Shown: piece after piece, positions 50,531-60,764 of the stretch
Numbering within the stretch: position 1 is the stretch's first letter
How the letters are laid out: every line of letters starts with the position of its first letter
Assembly: GCA_963714015.1 (NCBI GenBank)
Contig: OY970223.1
Location: 2,080,001 to 2,144,000, forward strand
Source of the DNA: Vulcanimicrobiota bacterium
GTDB lineage: Bacteria > Vulcanimicrobiota > Vulcanimicrobiia > Vulcanimicrobiales > Vulcanimicrobiaceae
DNA length: 64,000 nucleotides
Direction: 5' to 3'
Program-made: the position numbers and the translations under genes
Notes under the pieces: model-generated
Seen by the model: only the letters and a program-made list of their open reading frames with translations
What the model was told of the DNA's origin: nothing
Databases searched by the model: none

Positions 50531-51808
50531 ATGAAGCGCAGTGTATTGCCTGTTGCCCTCGCTTTCGTTCTGACGGCGTGCGGCGGAGGGGCCGGCGGCG
50601 GCGGTGGTACTTCGATAACTCCGGGCGGCTCAGGCGGCTCGGGCGGCGGCGGAGTTGGCTCTACGCCGACACCCCCTCCGGGCGGGACGGCGATTACGCT
50701 GACCGTTACGGGCGGAGCATCGCCGAGCGTGGCTGCAGTCCAGTCCGGCACCGGAACATGGACGAAAATCGCAATGACCGGCTCGACGGCGACATTCACG
50801 GTTCCGGCTGGAACGGCGCGATACGGAGTTGCAATCGTCTGCGGTAAGTCGGAACTGATCGAAATGTTGACGGTTACCGATAGCTTGAATCCCTCCATCA
50901 CCTGCGGCGGGGCCGGAGGAACGTCACAATCGCTCGGCTTCGATGCTTCCGGGATAAATAACGCGACGAATGCCGATCTTTACGTCGGCAGCGCCTTTCA
51001 AGAAGAGACGATTCCAAAAGGAACGGGCGACGTAAGGAGTGCGCCTGCCGGAACGCAGGACGTCTCGTTGATAGCGTACGACAACAACGGCGATCCATTG
51101 GCTGTCAAAATAGAGCGGGGCGTAAACATTACGGGCGGTCCCATGCCGGCAATCGTCGACACGAACGCTGATTTGACCGGCAAAGCGACGCTGACGATGA
51201 GCGCGCCGCCGAGCGGCTTTACGGCCACAGTCAACGACTGGTATCAGACGGCCGGCGGAGCCGATTTAGAACTGCAAGACCAAGCCGCTATGACTTGGTT
51301 TCCGACGCTTGCCGCCGCAGACGCGCAGAATGGTGACGTCTATCATATCGAAGCATTCGCCGCTTCAAACGGCGCGATTCCCAATGAGGTCGGCGTATTC
51401 TCAACATTCTCAAAGGCGGCGAATCAAACCCTGACGTTTCCCGCGCCGCTTTCGTACGGCGGCCCCGTACCGGCGCAATATCCGGCGTTTTCGGTCCCCG
51501 AGTACGGCGGTTTCAACATTACCGGAAATGCCGCGTATGAATTCGCGATCTTCGGTAGTTCTTCATCAATTGAGATTGGCGCCAGCCCGCAATACCTGAA
51601 GATCAACGGCGACACTCTAACCGTTCCGGATCTTTCGTCCTTGGGCGGATTCATAAGTGCGCCGTCGTCCGGAAATCGTGAAACCTGGATCCTCGGAGAA
51701 CGCATGACCACTACGCCGCTCGACGGCAACTATCTCGGACGGCAACCGCCGTCGAGCAACTCGCTGCTGGAGTACGCACAAGAGGCCGGCGAGTTTACCG
51801 TTCCTTAG
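50531..51808 (+). CDS. Hypothetical lipoprotein
   Basis: Lipobox LTAC, Gly-rich tether, beta-rich body. Confidence 0.8.
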   Translation: MKRSVLPVALAFVLTACGGGAGGGGGTSITPGGSGGSGGGGVGSTPTPPPGGTAITLTVTGGASPSVAAVQSGTGTWTKIAMTGSTATFTVPAGTARYGVAIVCGKSELIEMLTVTDSLNPSITCGGAGGTSQSLGFDASGINNATNADLYVGSAFQEETIPKGTGDVRSAPAGTQDVSLIAYDNNGDPLAVKIERGVNITGGPMPAIVDTNADLTGKATLTMSAPPSGFTATVNDWYQTAGGADLELQDQAAMTWFPTLAAADAQNGDVYHIEAFAASNGAIPNEVGVFSTFSKAANQTLTFPAPLSYGGPVPAQYPAFSVPEYGGFNITGNAAYEFAIFGSSSSIEIGASPQYLKINGDTLTVPDLSSLGGFISAPSSGNRETWILGERMTTTPLDGNYLGRQPPSSNSLLEYAQEAGEFTVP

Positions 51809-51813
51809 CCGGA

Positions 51814-51834
51814 GTAGTTGTAAAAAACAAGTAC
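51814..51834. promoter_or_regulatory. Candidate HxlR operator
   Basis: GTAGTTG-N7-CAAGTAC upstream of TATAAT 51858. Confidence 0.6.
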
Positions 51835-51869
51835 TATACAGAATTGAAAGATGGCGCTATAATAGGCTC

Positions 51870-52511
51870 GTGCCGGCAAGGGTCTATGGTCAATACTGCG
51901 GTTTCGCCAGGGCGCTCGAGATCGTGGGCGAGCGGTGGGCACTGCTCGTCGTTCGGGATTTGCTGATCGGTCCGAAACGCTTTAGCGACCTGCAGCGCGG
52001 CCTGCCCGGCATCCCCAGCAACATTCTTACCGCCAGATTGAAAGAGCTGGAAGAGACGGGTGTCGTCCAGCGCCGGCTTCTCCCGCGGCCCTCCGGAGCG
52101 GTGGTTTATGAATTGACGGCCGATGGACAAGCCTTGGAATCGCCGGTAATCGCACTCGGGCGCTGGGGAGCCAAGCATTTGGGAGAGCCGCGCCCGGGAG
52201 AAGTGATAACGCCGGACTCGTTTGCGAGTGCCTTGCTGACGACGTTTCGTCCCGAGAACGCCGGACGATCGAACGCGAAGTTCGAGGTGCGTATGGGCGA
52301 AATCGTCGTGCATGCGCACGTGCGCGAGGGCAAGGTCGCGGTCGGCACCGGCCCGATCGAAAAACCCGATCTCGTGATCGAGGGAGGTCCCGCGATCAAG
52401 CAGTTGATGGCACGGGAGATTACGGCGGATCAGGCGGTGAAGAGCAAGATGGTCAACGTCAAGGGTGACGTGAAGCTTCTGAATCGCTTCGTGCAGCTGT
52501 TTCAGATATGA
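51870..52511 (+). CDS. HxlR-family winged-helix regulator with SCP2 domain
   Basis: YGQYCGFARALEIVGERWALL...RFSDLQRGLPGI...YELT; C-terminal VKGD. Confidence 0.92.
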   Translation: MPARVYGQYCGFARALEIVGERWALLVVRDLLIGPKRFSDLQRGLPGIPSNILTARLKELEETGVVQRRLLPRPSGAVVYELTADGQALESPVIALGRWGAKHLGEPRPGEVITPDSFASALLTTFRPENAGRSNAKFEVRMGEIVVHAHVREGKVAVGTGPIEKPDLVIEGGPAIKQLMAREITADQAVKSKMVNVKGDVKLLNRFVQLFQI

Positions 52512-52513
52512 GG

Positions 52514-52540
52514 AAGGGAGCCGTGGGTTGCGGCTCCCTT
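52514..52540. terminator. Hairpin terminator between convergent genes
   Basis: AAGGGAGCCG-N7-CGGCTCCCTT. Confidence 0.75.
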
Positions 52541-52559
52541 TGCGTTTAACCGCGCGAGA

Positions 52560-53723
52560 CTACCAGTAAAAGTTGCAGCCCGTTCCACCGGAATTGCACA
52601 CGACGACGTCTCCCGTGTGCGGCCACGACGGACCGGTGTCATCCTCGGTCCAGTCGATGCCCTGACTGCTTTGATTGTCGTAATAGTAGCGTCCCTGAAC
52701 GTAGGCGTAATCGCCGACTGCAACCCACGGCCATTGCGAAGGCGGTTTGTGGTTGGGAGCCTGCGCCATCGCGTCGAGGTTGGAGACGATCTCGATGTCG
52801 TATCCGGACGGCATCTCAACGTAGAAGTAGCCGTGCAGGCCGCTGGACGTTCTCTTCGCCGGCAACACTTGCGTGACGCTGCCGCAGACGTCTACGAGTT
52901 GATCGTCGCCCGGCTGAAGTTGACCGTTACCGAATTCTTTCTGATACGTGAGGAATTGCTGGTCGTTGCAAGGATATGCGGTCGGCGTGGGGCTGGGACT
53001 CGGGCTCGGCGTTGTACTCGGTGTCGGTGACGGCGTCGGGGAAGGGGTGTTTGACGGATTCGGCGTCGGCGTTGGCGAGTTCGACGGACTCGGAGTCGGC
53101 GTGTTCGTTCCGCTCCATGCAACGTCGTCCACGTATTGGAAAATGTAACCGCCGCTCCAGCCGTTTCCGTGCGCGCCGAAATACAACCAAACCGTTCGTC
53201 CGGCGTAAGAAGCGACGTTGTACGAAAGCTGGACCCAGCCTTTGGTCTTCGCGGCGGTGGTGTACAGGTTGTCGAGTACGTTACCGCTGCTGTCCAGCAG
53301 ATCTGCTTCTTGCCAAGCGTAGTCGGTGTTGACTTCGTTTGTGCCTTGCCACACCCAGAACGCGATGTTGCCGTTCGAAGGGACCTGAACTTCTTGACAC
53401 ACGCCTGAATCGCCGTTGACCTCGGGAGCGGAAGTGGAACCGCTGAATTCCGAATAGGATCCGGAGTGTGCTTTGGCGCGGGTGATCGATGCGTTGACGT
53501 CTCCGCACTGTTGCCAGTACGTGAAGCCGCCGGACTCAAATCCCCGGTCCATGAGTTTTCCGCTCGAGTCGAACGCGTGCCGCCCGTTCTGATGCGGAAG
53601 CACGATTCTGCGAGCAACCGAATCGCCGCGAGAAATCGGTGCCGTTGCCGGGTTGCCGCCTTGACCTGCGCACGCAGCGAGCACAAGCGCGCTAATCAAT
53701 AGCAGACCTCGTAGTTTTCGCAA
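52560..53723 (-). CDS. Lipoprotein: CBM-like beta-sandwich, PT linker and DUF3465-like domain
   Basis: GGAGG then TTG; LAAC lipobox; GFESG...YVDDV; TPTPSP linker; VTQVLP...H.YF...SNLD...GDY..VQGRYYY...IDWT. Confidence 0.7.
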   Translation of the reverse strand: MRKLRGLLLISALVLAACAGQGGNPATAPISRGDSVARRIVLPHQNGRHAFDSSGKLMDRGFESGGFTYWQQCGDVNASITRAKAHSGSYSEFSGSTSAPEVNGDSGVCQEVQVPSNGNIAFWVWQGTNEVNTDYAWQEADLLDSSGNVLDNLYTTAAKTKGWVQLSYNVASYAGRTVWLYFGAHGNGWSGGYIFQYVDDVAWSGTNTPTPSPSNSPTPTPNPSNTPSPTPSPTPSTTPSPSPSPTPTAYPCNDQQFLTYQKEFGNGQLQPGDDQLVDVCGSVTQVLPAKRTSSGLHGYFYVEMPSGYDIEIVSNLDAMAQAPNHKPPSQWPWVAVGDYAYVQGRYYYDNQSSQGIDWTEDDTGPSWPHTGDVVVCNSGGTGCNFYW

Positions 53724-53993
53724 GACAGACCTCCACAGTGGAATCGCTCCTATTTTGCGGCATCGGGTGGATGCGTGTATAGCGGCGATTCGCAGGTAAG
53801 TGAAAACGCGTGCTCTTGCGATAATCACGCGTGCAGCATTTGCGCAACGATGCGGTAGACGATTTTATCGTGTTGCGCACGATCGGGATACCTCGCCTTT
53901 GGATGACAGCTATTTGACATCCCCCCGATCTTGGGGGGAGCGCCGCCGCGCCGCTGAATGCTATGGTTGTACGAACGAGCTTTGGGAGGGTCA

Positions 53994-55532
53994 ATGGTGC
54001 CGCGTTCACGCAGCAGGTCTCTTTTTACATATGCCGCGATCGTCGCCGTCTTTATGGCCGGCTGCCATGGTTCAGGCGGAAGTCTCACGCCGCCCGTTTC
54101 GGGGCCGGCGCCCTTCGGGCAATCCCTGATCGACCAAGCTTTGCAGCCTGGCCTCGCGCCGCTGAGGAGTCAGCCTCCGGTGGCCATGCAGCTTTCGTTT
54201 TTGATGACCGACGGATCCGTATTAGCGCAAAGCAACCAAGACAACGCCGCCTGGTACAAATATCTTCCGGACAAGAACGGCAACTATAGCGACGGCACTT
54301 GGACTCAGGTCGCAAGGCTGCCCCAAGGATACGGGCCCAGCGCGTTTTCTTCGGCGGTTTTGGCCGACGGACGACTGTTGATCAGCGGCGGGGAGTACAA
54401 TTCACCGGGCAACTACAATCTGCAATTGACGAACCTGGGCGCGGTCTACGATCCGATTCAGAACACGTGGACGAAGCTGGGTCATCCTACGGGATGGCAA
54501 TGGATCGGTGATTCACCGAACAGCGTCTTGCCGGGCGGCAAGTTCTTTATGGCGCAGAAGCTCACGAAAGCCGGCGCAGAACTCGATCCTAAAACGCTGC
54601 AGTGGAAGATCGTCGGAACCGCCGGCAAGTCGGATTTCAATGCGGAAGAGGGCTTCACGCTGCTTCCCAACGGCACCGTGCTTACCGCAGACGTCAAAAA
54701 CGCGCCCAACTCGGAGATCTGGAATCCGGGTACGGGGCAATGGAAAAGCGCCGGTTCGACCATCGTCGATCTTCATTCACCCACGGATATTCAAGGTTGT
54801 CTGACCTACGGGCCCAAGCCGCAAGACTGCTACTACCCTCCGGGCGAAATCGGCCCGTCGATTCTTCGGCCGGACGGGACGGTTTTCTATTTCGGTTCGT
54901 ACACGGCCAGCGGCGGCGCGGGACATACGGCGATATACAACATCGCCACGGGAACATGGAAGGCCGGTCCCGATTTTCCGAACGACGATAACGCCGGCGA
55001 TTCGTTCGCGGTGCTGCTTCCGAGCAGTGACGTGCTCGTGCTGGGCTCGAGCGGAACGATGTACCTTTACGACGGCAAACAATTTACGAACGTCGGAAGC
55101 GTGAGCGGCGCGCCGTTGCTGCTGCCGACCGGACAGGTCTTGATGGTAGGCTCAACGGACGTCCTGTATACGCCCGCTGGTAAGCCGCAGGCATCGTGGG
55201 CGCCGACGATTTCGTCGGTACCGGCGACCGTTACGCGGGGCCAAACGTACACAGTTACCGGCACGAAGTTCAACGGCTGGGGACAGGCGATGTCTTTCGG
55301 CGACGAGTATCAAAACGCCACGAATTATCCGCTGGTGCGCATCAAGAATGTTGCGACCGGACACGTATTCTATGCCAGAACGCACGACCACAGCACGATG
55401 GCCGTGGCAACGGGTTCCAAGCCGGTCTCGACGCATTTCGACGTGCCCGCAAATGCGGAAACCGGCGCGAGCACGCTCGTCGTCGTTGCCAACGGCATCG
55501 CGTCGGCACCCAAGAGCATCACGGTCCAGTAA
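53994..55532 (+). CDS. Kelch/galactose-oxidase-like propeller lipoprotein with C-terminal Ig-like domain
   Basis: MAGC lipobox; repeats VLADGRLLISGG, LLPNGTVL, LLPTGQVL. Confidence 0.8.
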   Translation: MVPRSRSRSLFTYAAIVAVFMAGCHGSGGSLTPPVSGPAPFGQSLIDQALQPGLAPLRSQPPVAMQLSFLMTDGSVLAQSNQDNAAWYKYLPDKNGNYSDGTWTQVARLPQGYGPSAFSSAVLADGRLLISGGEYNSPGNYNLQLTNLGAVYDPIQNTWTKLGHPTGWQWIGDSPNSVLPGGKFFMAQKLTKAGAELDPKTLQWKIVGTAGKSDFNAEEGFTLLPNGTVLTADVKNAPNSEIWNPGTGQWKSAGSTIVDLHSPTDIQGCLTYGPKPQDCYYPPGEIGPSILRPDGTVFYFGSYTASGGAGHTAIYNIATGTWKAGPDFPNDDNAGDSFAVLLPSSDVLVLGSSGTMYLYDGKQFTNVGSVSGAPLLLPTGQVLMVGSTDVLYTPAGKPQASWAPTISSVPATVTRGQTYTVTGTKFNGWGQAMSFGDEYQNATNYPLVRIKNVATGHVFYARTHDHSTMAVATGSKPVSTHFDVPANAETGASTLVVVANGIASAPKSITVQ

Positions 55533-55540
55533 TGTAACGC

Positions 55541-56182
55541 GTGACCGCGTTCCGCGAGGAGTCTGAGGAGCACGTCGTCCACCGCCTGGAGGCGTTCTCG
55601 GACATTGTCATTGGATTCAGCCTAGCCCAGCTCACGTTAAACCTGGTCTTTCCGGCGGATGTCTTGGATCTCTTTGGGAAGGATTCGATCACCCTCATCG
55701 CGTTCGTGATGACGTTCGGCGTCGTCGCTTCGATGTGGTGGACGCACCACCGCATGTTTACGCATTTTTTCGTGCCCACCGCGCTGAACATCGTGCTGAA
55801 CTTCTGCTCCCTGGGCGCCGTGATGTTCTTGGTGTACACGCTACAGGTGTGGCTGCATGCGACCAAGCACCATTACGTCGCGTACGTCATGTACGCCGGA
55901 TCGATCGCTGCGATCATGCTGATCAATTCGTTTCTCACGTTCCGCGGCGTGAAGCTTCGCGGGGATCGCATGCCGCGAGAAATTGCGGACCGCGGCCGGC
56001 GCCGCAGCCGGCGCTTGATGGTCATCGGATTGGCTTTCGCGGCACTAGCAGCGTCAACCGCGATCGTTCGCAACAACAACGAGTTGGGAAATATCATCCT
56101 CGTCGTTACCGCTGTCCTCATCGGGCTGCTGCGATTAGCCGAGTGGCGCAGCTCGCCCACTCCGATGCGCCCACGTAGCTGA
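55541..56182 (+). CDS. TMEM175 (DUF1211) potassium channel family
   Basis: RLEAFSD signature; WWTHHRMF; multiple TM helices. Confidence 0.85.
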   Translation: MTAFREESEEHVVHRLEAFSDIVIGFSLAQLTLNLVFPADVLDLFGKDSITLIAFVMTFGVVASMWWTHHRMFTHFFVPTALNIVLNFCSLGAVMFLVYTLQVWLHATKHHYVAYVMYAGSIAAIMLINSFLTFRGVKLRGDRMPREIADRGRRRSRRLMVIGLAFAALAASTAIVRNNNELGNIILVVTAVLIGLLRLAEWRSSPTPMRPRS

Positions 56183-56251
56183 GACGGGCAGGCAAGTAGG
56201 CCGTTGGTCCCGCCAGCCGCGAAAATCGCGGCTGAGGGAAGCGACGATTGT

Positions 56252-56284
56252 GCACTTGTATTTAGCAAGTACACTTGCTATAAT
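56252..56284 (+). promoter_or_regulatory. DoxX promoter with HxlR-like operator
   Basis: GCACTTG-N7-CAAGTAC (56252-56272); TTGTAT-17-TATAAT. Confidence 0.65.
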
Positions 56285-56337
56285 GACCGGGAGGCAGTGT
56301 CCCATGCGTGGGCGCCTTGTAAAGAAGGAGAACGACA

Positions 56338-56748
56338 ATGCAATCCAGCCTGACGATTCAGCCCTCGCAATCGACCTTGTGGACAGCCCGTGTCATCGAA
56401 GTGCTCGTTGTGCTCTTTATGCTCTTTGACGTCGTCGGCAAGTACATGCGCCCGGCGCCCGTGGTGGACGCTTTTGCAAGACAAGGTATGCCCCTGGCGC
56501 TTGCGCCCCTCATCGGGACGCTGCTGCTGGTGCTGACCGTGTTGTACGCTCTGCCCCGCACGTCTGTACTCGGCGCCGTTTTACTGACCGGCTATTTCGG
56601 CGGTGCGTGCGCAGCCAACATGCGTGCCGGCTTCTCGCTGTTCGAAACGCTCTTTCCGGTCCTCTTCGGCATCCTGATGTGGGTGCCGGTCTATCTTCTG
56701 GAACCGCGGCTGCGCGCCGTGCTTCCTCGAAGGCTCGAAGTGGAATAA
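56338..56748 (+). CDS. DoxX family membrane protein
   Basis: LYALPRTSVLGAVLLTGYFGGA; AAGGAG RBS. Confidence 0.88.
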   Translation: MQSSLTIQPSQSTLWTARVIEVLVVLFMLFDVVGKYMRPAPVVDAFARQGMPLALAPLIGTLLLVLTVLYALPRTSVLGAVLLTGYFGGACAANMRAGFSLFETLFPVLFGILMWVPVYLLEPRLRAVLPRRLEVE

Positions 56749-56798
56749 AGTGACAAAACCTCCTGCACCCGGTGCGGAGGTAGGATATTATCGACTCT

Positions 56799-58577
56799 AT
56801 GCGTCGTACGGTCCGAGGAAAACTCGGAGATTTCACTACCGACCCGGCAAGGCTGGCGATTCTCTGCGCCTACGCCGTCGTCATCGGCGCGCTGTGCGCG
56901 GGCGTCGCCAAGGCCTTGCTCGCGCTAATCGGATTCATCACGCAGCTCGCGTATTTTCAGCGCATCGGATCGGCGACGCTCACGCAACCCGATCCGGGCC
57001 ATTTGGGCCCCGTCTCAATCCTGATTCCAATCGCGGGCGGCCTGGCAGTGGGCCTCATCGCGCGGTACGGATCGGAAAAGATCCGCGGACACGGCATTCC
57101 TGAAGCGATTCAGGCGATTTTGGATCGCGACAGCGTCATTCAAGCGCGCGTCGCATACCTGAAGCCGATCGCCTCCGCAATTACCATCGGGACCGGTGGA
57201 CCGTTCGGCGCGGAAGGTCCGATCATCATGACGGGTGCGGCCTTCGGATCGTTGTTCGCGCAGTTCATTCGACTGACGTCTATCGAACGCCGGGTGCTGC
57301 TCGTGTGCGGAGCTGCTGCGGGCATGTCCGCGACGTTCGGTGCGCCCATTGCTTCGGTCTTGATCGCCGTCGAATTGCTGCTCTTCGAATGGAAGCCCCG
57401 CAGCTTCGTTCCCGTTGCTGTGGCGGCGTTCATCGCTGAAGTAATTCGCACGATCATCATCGGGCCTAATCCGCCGTTTCTCATCGCGCATCCTCATGTA
57501 ATCCATACGAGCGCGCTCGGATGGGCTGCAGTGGTCGGTATCGGGGGCGGCGTCGTATCGGCCGTCATGACGAAACTCGTTTACACAACCGAGGACTTGT
57601 ACGAGCGGCTTCCGATCCATTGGATGTGGTGGCCGGCGATTGGCGGAGCGATCGTCGGTGTGGGCGGATGGTTCGTGCCGCAAGCGCTGGGTGTGGGGTA
57701 CGCGACGATCAACGGCCTGCTGAACGCGCAACTGGCAATCGGCGTCGTCGTCGGAATTATCATCGTAAAGGTCGTCATTTGGATTGCGGCGTTGGGCTCG
57801 GGCACGTCGGGCGGCGTCCTTGCGCCGCTGCTGATGATCGGCGGCGCGATGGGCACCTTGTTTTCCATCGCGATACCCGGACACGACGCATCCGTGTGGG
57901 CGACGGTAGGAATGGCTGCGCTGATGGGCGGCACGATGCGCGCACCGTTCATGGCGACGATCTTTGCGCTCGAAACGACGCATGCTTGGAGCCTGCTGCC
58001 TTCCGTATTCATCGGATGCGTTGCGGCGACGTCGTTTACCGTCATTTTCGTCCCGCGTTCAATTCTCACGGAGAAACTCGCCAGACGCGGCATGCACGTC
58101 GCTCGCGAGTATTCGGTACATCCCTTCGAGCTAATCGCGGTGAGCTCGGTGATGATTGCGCGCGGCGCCATACCTGAGCTGAACGGCGAGATGACGGTGC
58201 GCGAAGCGGCCGAACGGCTCGTCCAGGTTCATCCGGCCTCGCAATACACCGAATATCCCGTCGTCGATTCGAACGGCGCACTTACCGGATTTGTCCCTTA
58301 CACGGAGATTCTCTTCAGGAACCGCAACGGCGGCGCAGGCGATCGTCGACTCTCGTCGCTGGCGCGCAGGCCGCTGACCGTACGCAGCGAGGATCGCGTG
58401 CGTTCGGCGGTCAGTTCGATGGCGCGCGCTCGACGCTCGAGCGTTGCCGTACTGGACGAAGAACAGCGCTGGTGCGGTGTGTTGACGGTTGCGAATCTGC
58501 TCGAGGCGTGGCGCAAGGGCATGGCCATTGAAACCCGGCGGGTCCGCGTGCGATCGCTGTCGCGTCTTAGCACGTGA
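56799..58577 (+). CDS. ClC chloride channel/antiporter with CBS domains
   Basis: GHGIPE, GGPFGAEGP, GTSGGVLAP; C-terminal CBS pair. Confidence 0.92.
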   Translation: MRRTVRGKLGDFTTDPARLAILCAYAVVIGALCAGVAKALLALIGFITQLAYFQRIGSATLTQPDPGHLGPVSILIPIAGGLAVGLIARYGSEKIRGHGIPEAIQAILDRDSVIQARVAYLKPIASAITIGTGGPFGAEGPIIMTGAAFGSLFAQFIRLTSIERRVLLVCGAAAGMSATFGAPIASVLIAVELLLFEWKPRSFVPVAVAAFIAEVIRTIIIGPNPPFLIAHPHVIHTSALGWAAVVGIGGGVVSAVMTKLVYTTEDLYERLPIHWMWWPAIGGAIVGVGGWFVPQALGVGYATINGLLNAQLAIGVVVGIIIVKVVIWIAALGSGTSGGVLAPLLMIGGAMGTLFSIAIPGHDASVWATVGMAALMGGTMRAPFMATIFALETTHAWSLLPSVFIGCVAATSFTVIFVPRSILTEKLARRGMHVAREYSVHPFELIAVSSVMIARGAIPELNGEMTVREAAERLVQVHPASQYTEYPVVDSNGALTGFVPYTEILFRNRNGGAGDRRLSSLARRPLTVRSEDRVRSAVSSMARARRSSVAVLDEEQRWCGVLTVANLLEAWRKGMAIETRRVRVRSLSRLST

Positions 58578-58604
58578 AGGGGTTTTGGAATATGCGAGCG
58601 GCGT

Positions 58605-59549
58605 TCAGCGGATCACTGTCGAGCGGGGATTGCGCTCCAGAGAAGGGCGGTCCCAATTGCCCAGGCCGGCTGCGGACTCGTACGTCGCTTGGAAAAAATC
58701 GAGGACCATCGCGTCCGGATCGGATGACTGACGCACAGCATCGTACGGGAGCAGAAACTCACGCAGTTGAGTGTTGTATGAAGATTCCGCCGGACCGGAC
58801 GCGGCCTCAGCAAAGCCCGGGGGCTCGGGATACGCGTACGCGTAGAACATTGCGTCCAAACCGTACCCGCCCGGCCAAAATCCGCAACTGCTGACCTCAT
58901 GCGAGTACGCCTCGCGCGTAATCCAATCCGGCAGATTCGGAATGCCGCCCGGATGTTCGGGTGCGCGGCGTCCCGAGAAACGCGTAACCGCCAAGTCCAG
59001 CGCGCCCCAGAACAGGTGCACCGGGCTCACTTTCCCGATGAAGCGCGAACGGAATTCTTTTGCAAGCCGATCTGCTTGCAGCAGCACGCGCCAGAAGCGA
59101 TGCGCGTACGCTCTATCGTACGCGGTATGCGTCCGATCTTGTTCGAACGGGATGGCGTCCGGAATCTCGCTGGGCATCGTGCGAATACGCGTCTCAATTC
59201 CGTGTTCGCGGAGTTGCTCCATGACGCGGCTGTAGAATGTCGCCACCGCCATCGGCTCGAGGGACATTGCCGTTTGCATACCATCGCAATCGGAGATTTC
59301 GAGGCGGTGAGCGATGAAGTCGAAGTCGATTTGAAACGATCGGCTGCTGCTGCAAGGCATGGCGGATGTCGTCAGCCCTCGTGACGTCACGTAGAGCGCG
59401 ACCTGCCACCAGTGGTTGACCATCGGCTCGTGCGCGAGACGGATCTTTCCAACGACCTGCGTCCACAATTGGAGTGTGTCGAGCGTGTCTTTCCAGACGT
59501 CAACGTGCAGTTCGGGCCAAGCAGGTTCGGCCCGAAGCTCGGCGGTCAT
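58605..59549 (-). CDS. DUF5996 family protein
   Basis: QVVGKIRL...NHWWQV, SPVHLFWGALDLAVTRFSGR, YSHEVSSCGFWPG. Confidence 0.88.
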   Translation of the reverse strand: MTAELRAEPAWPELHVDVWKDTLDTLQLWTQVVGKIRLAHEPMVNHWWQVALYVTSRGLTTSAMPCSSSRSFQIDFDFIAHRLEISDCDGMQTAMSLEPMAVATFYSRVMEQLREHGIETRIRTMPSEIPDAIPFEQDRTHTAYDRAYAHRFWRVLLQADRLAKEFRSRFIGKVSPVHLFWGALDLAVTRFSGRRAPEHPGGIPNLPDWITREAYSHEVSSCGFWPGGYGLDAMFYAYAYPEPPGFAEAASGPAESSYNTQLREFLLPYDAVRQSSDPDAMVLDFFQATYESAAGLGNWDRPSLERNPRSTVIR

Positions 59550-59558
59550 AGGCAACTC

Positions 59559-60386
59559 CTATTGCTGAAAGAGCGCGTTCAGCTCGGCATAAGGAATGCG
59601 TTCCGCGGCAAAGTCGAACGATCCGTTTTCTTTCAGGCTTTTGGCCATGTCGCGAAAGTGGGCCAGAGCGTATGAGGTTGAACCGGAGCCCGTGCTGATT
59701 CGCGCCACGCCAAGCTCGGCCATTCGGCCCACTGTCGGAGCGCCGGCGCCCGCCAAAATGTTCAGCGGACCATTGATTGCCTTTACCAGTTCAGCGATCG
59801 TGGGTTCATCGGTGACGCCCGGCACGAACGCGCCGGCGGCGCCGGCTTCCAAATAAAGGTTGGCGCGGAGCACCGACTCCCGGAATCGCCACTCGTCGCT
59901 GTCGCCGAGATCCAGCAAAAAAGAATCGGTACGCGCATTGATGACGAGAGGCACGCCAAGCTCTGCAGCCGTCGCACGCATCGCCCGAATACGCGCGGCA
60001 TGGAACTGCGGCTCGACTAGTCCGCCGTTGCCGTCCGCGTCCTCGAAATTCAATCCGACTGCGCCGGCCTGAATCGCGCCGCGCGCCGTGGCTGCGGCGT
60101 CTTGTTCGCCGGGGCCGTAAGCCGCCTCCAGATCCGCGGTCACCGGCGCATTGACGACGCGGCTCACGGTGCGCACGCAGTTCAGCATCTCTTCGCGAGA
60201 GATGCGTTCTCCGTCGGCGTAGCCTTGCGCAAATGCGACGCCGGCGCTGGTTGTGGCGATCGCCGGGTAACCGAGACTTTCGATGATTCGCGCAGTGACG
60301 GCGTCCCAGGCATTGATCAGCACGAGGGGCTGACCTGGTTTATGAAGCGCCAGGAGCGCTTCGGCTTTTTCGCGTTGTGTGGGCAT
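59559..60386 (-). CDS. Isocitrate lyase/PEP mutase family protein
   Basis: NAWD, ATTSAG, VTADLE, GLNFED, INARTD. Confidence 0.9.
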   Translation of the reverse strand: MPTQREKAEALLALHKPGQPLVLINAWDAVTARIIESLGYPAIATTSAGVAFAQGYADGERISREEMLNCVRTVSRVVNAPVTADLEAAYGPGEQDAAATARGAIQAGAVGLNFEDADGNGGLVEPQFHAARIRAMRATAAELGVPLVINARTDSFLLDLGDSDEWRFRESVLRANLYLEAGAAGAFVPGVTDEPTIAELVKAINGPLNILAGAGAPTVGRMAELGVARISTGSGSTSYALAHFRDMAKSLKENGSFDFAAERIPYAELNALFQQ

Positions 60387-60446
60387 GCCCTTTGTAACCC
60401 GGCTCAAGCAGTCCGGGCTGCACCATGTTCGACGCCGGAGACGGAT

Positions 60447-60764
60447 TTAGGCGGCGTGCACGCAGTCGATGATCGGGAAGACGGCGTCGACGCTGGTGAT
60501 CCTAAGAATCCGACGGCCGAATTCGCTGGGCATCGCGATTAAGACCCGCTGCCGCGGTATGCGCAGGCGCCGGAAGTTGCAGAGCTCGTAGAGCGCGGAA
60601 CTATCGAAGTAGCCGCATTTGCAGAAGTCGATGAGAACGTGAGGCGCGGTGGTGTCCAGAGCGTGAAGAGCCTGGTGAAAGGGCGATTGCGTCGAGATGT
60701 CGAGTTCTCCGTCGACGACAAGGACCGGAACGCCGGAATGCGTTTCATTGATGAATTGCGGCAT
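60447..60764 (-). CDS. STAS-domain anti-sigma factor antagonist
   Basis: VDGELDI...VLIDF...YFDSSAL...RILRITSVD. Confidence 0.88.
   Translation of the reverse strand: MPQFINETHSGVPVLVVDGELDISTQSPFHQALHALDTTAPHVLIDFCKCGYFDSSALYELCNFRRLRIPRQRVLIAMPSEFGRRILRITSVDAVFPIIDCVHAA

Noticed and set aside
52980..53105. Repetitive GGCGTCGG/GGACTCGG tract
   Set aside because: Encodes a Pro/Thr/Ser linker; no repeat-spacer structure, so not CRISPR.
53920..53939. TCCCCCC-GATCTT-GGGGGGA hairpin
   Set aside because: Single occurrence, no U-tract; function cannot be supported.
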